Assembly (NCBI GenBank): GCA_014729675.1
Contig: WJJM01000044.1
Location: forward strand, 1-53,428
Length of the DNA: 53,428 nucleotides
Reading direction: 5' to 3'
DNA from: Candidatus Woesearchaeota archaeon
GTDB lineage: Archaea > Nanobdellota > Nanobdellia > Woesearchaeales > WJKL01
The translations under genes were made by a program, and so were the position numbers. Positions 52,975 through 53,428 of the stretch are shown piece after piece (positions within the stretch are counted from its first letter, which is position 1; every line of letters begins with the position of its first letter). Below the pieces are notes generated by a model that saw only the letters and a program-made list of their open reading frames with translations, did no database searches and was not told the DNA's origin.

Positions 52975-53428
52975 TCACTTCTTCTGATGCTTATCGCAAT
53001 AATATGTTGATCTTCCTCCTACAGTCATGTTCTTTATCTTTCCGCTGCATCTGGGACATTTGGCTGCTTTTTCATCATCACGAGAGACAGCTCTTCTCCT
53101 CCCTATAAGGTATCCTGAGGGAAACCTTTCCCCTTGTTTCTTTATCCCCATCTTCAGCACTCTCTTCATAGTAGAATACATTTTCCTGAGCTGTTTCTCA
53201 TCAATGTTCTCTATCTTTTTCTTTGGATGTATGCCTTCCTGGAAAAGTATCTCATCTGCATAGATGTTTCCGATGCCTGCTATCTTAGACTGATCCATAA
53301 GAAAATTCTTCACAGCTCCTCTGCTGTCTTCTGCAAGTTCAACAAGCTCTTTCTTGTTTATAGAAAGCGCGTCAGCGCCAAGTTCTTTCTCTTCAATAAA
53401 CTTATCAATGCTTTTTGCTATATCTATC
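52975..53428 (-). CDS. Fpg/Nei-family DNA glycosylase, C-terminal part (N-terminus beyond the window end)
   Basis: H2TH motif LMDQSKIAGIGNIYADEILFQEGIHP and zinc finger CPRCSGKIKNMTVGGRSTYYCDKHQ. The frame stays open upstream of the listed Met to nt 53428. Confidence 0.85.
   Translation of the reverse strand, partial: IDIAKSIDKFIEEKELGADALSINKKELVELAEDSRGAVKNFLMDQSKIAGIGNIYADEILFQEGIHPKKKIENIDEKQLRKMYSTMKRVLKMGIKKQGERFPSGYLIGRRRAVSRDDEKAAKCPRCSGKIKNMTVGGRSTYYCDKHQKK

Overview
This is an AT-rich, gene-dense archaeal chromosome fragment; composition and coding density were judged by eye, not computed. The archaeal assignment rests on aIF2-gamma (21322-22548, -), ribosomal protein S6e (22672-23211, -), two TrmB regulators, GGPP synthase plus a UbiA prenyltransferase, and TATA-like promoters. 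TAA, TAG and TGA all terminate genes, so the code is standard. Sequon-rich surface proteins, frequent Lys/Glu-rich tails and cut-down versions of core enzymes suggest a small-genome, DPANN-like archaeon, but that is inference only.

Layout:
- 1-2.8 kb: surface proteins.
- 2.9-7.2 kb: RadC, small DNA-binding proteins, an intact KaiC-like ATPase and a V4R-like protein.
- 7.2-13 kb: two divergent, translationally coupled operons for prenyl/isoprenoid chemistry.
- 13.2-14.9 kb: tandem TrmB paralogs.
- 15.7-21.2 kb: a tightly coupled sensory operon.
- 21.3-23.2 kb: aIF2-gamma and S6e.
- 23.4-27.9 kb: three large genes of unknown function.
- 28-45 kb: RtcB, an ABC-2 exporter, GNAT, MFS, CBS, MscS, AI-2E, a LigD phosphoesterase domain, CPA2 and CaCA antiporters, and a truncated pyruvate-kinase-like gene.
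- 45.5-53 kb: a repeat-bearing accessory island.
- 52975 to window end: a partial Fpg/Nei glycosylase.

I found no tRNA, rRNA, cas genes, integrase or transposase.

Best candidates for something undescribed, in order:
1. The kinase-less operon at 15.7-21.2 kb: a KaiC-like::GTPase fusion, two Roadblock/LC7 proteins, a Cache-HAMP sensor, a PAS-PAS protein, a second KaiC-like protein and an orphan receiver.
2. The 23.4-27.9 kb module, which ends in an endonuclease-IV-like TIM barrel split by an insertion of about 270-300 aa.
3. The 45.5-53 kb island, with duplicated promoter cassettes and a paralogous gene family of unknown function.
4. A 0.68-kb non-coding locus at 37.6-38.3 kb with repeats and hairpins.

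All functional calls come from motif recognition by eye. No database search was run.
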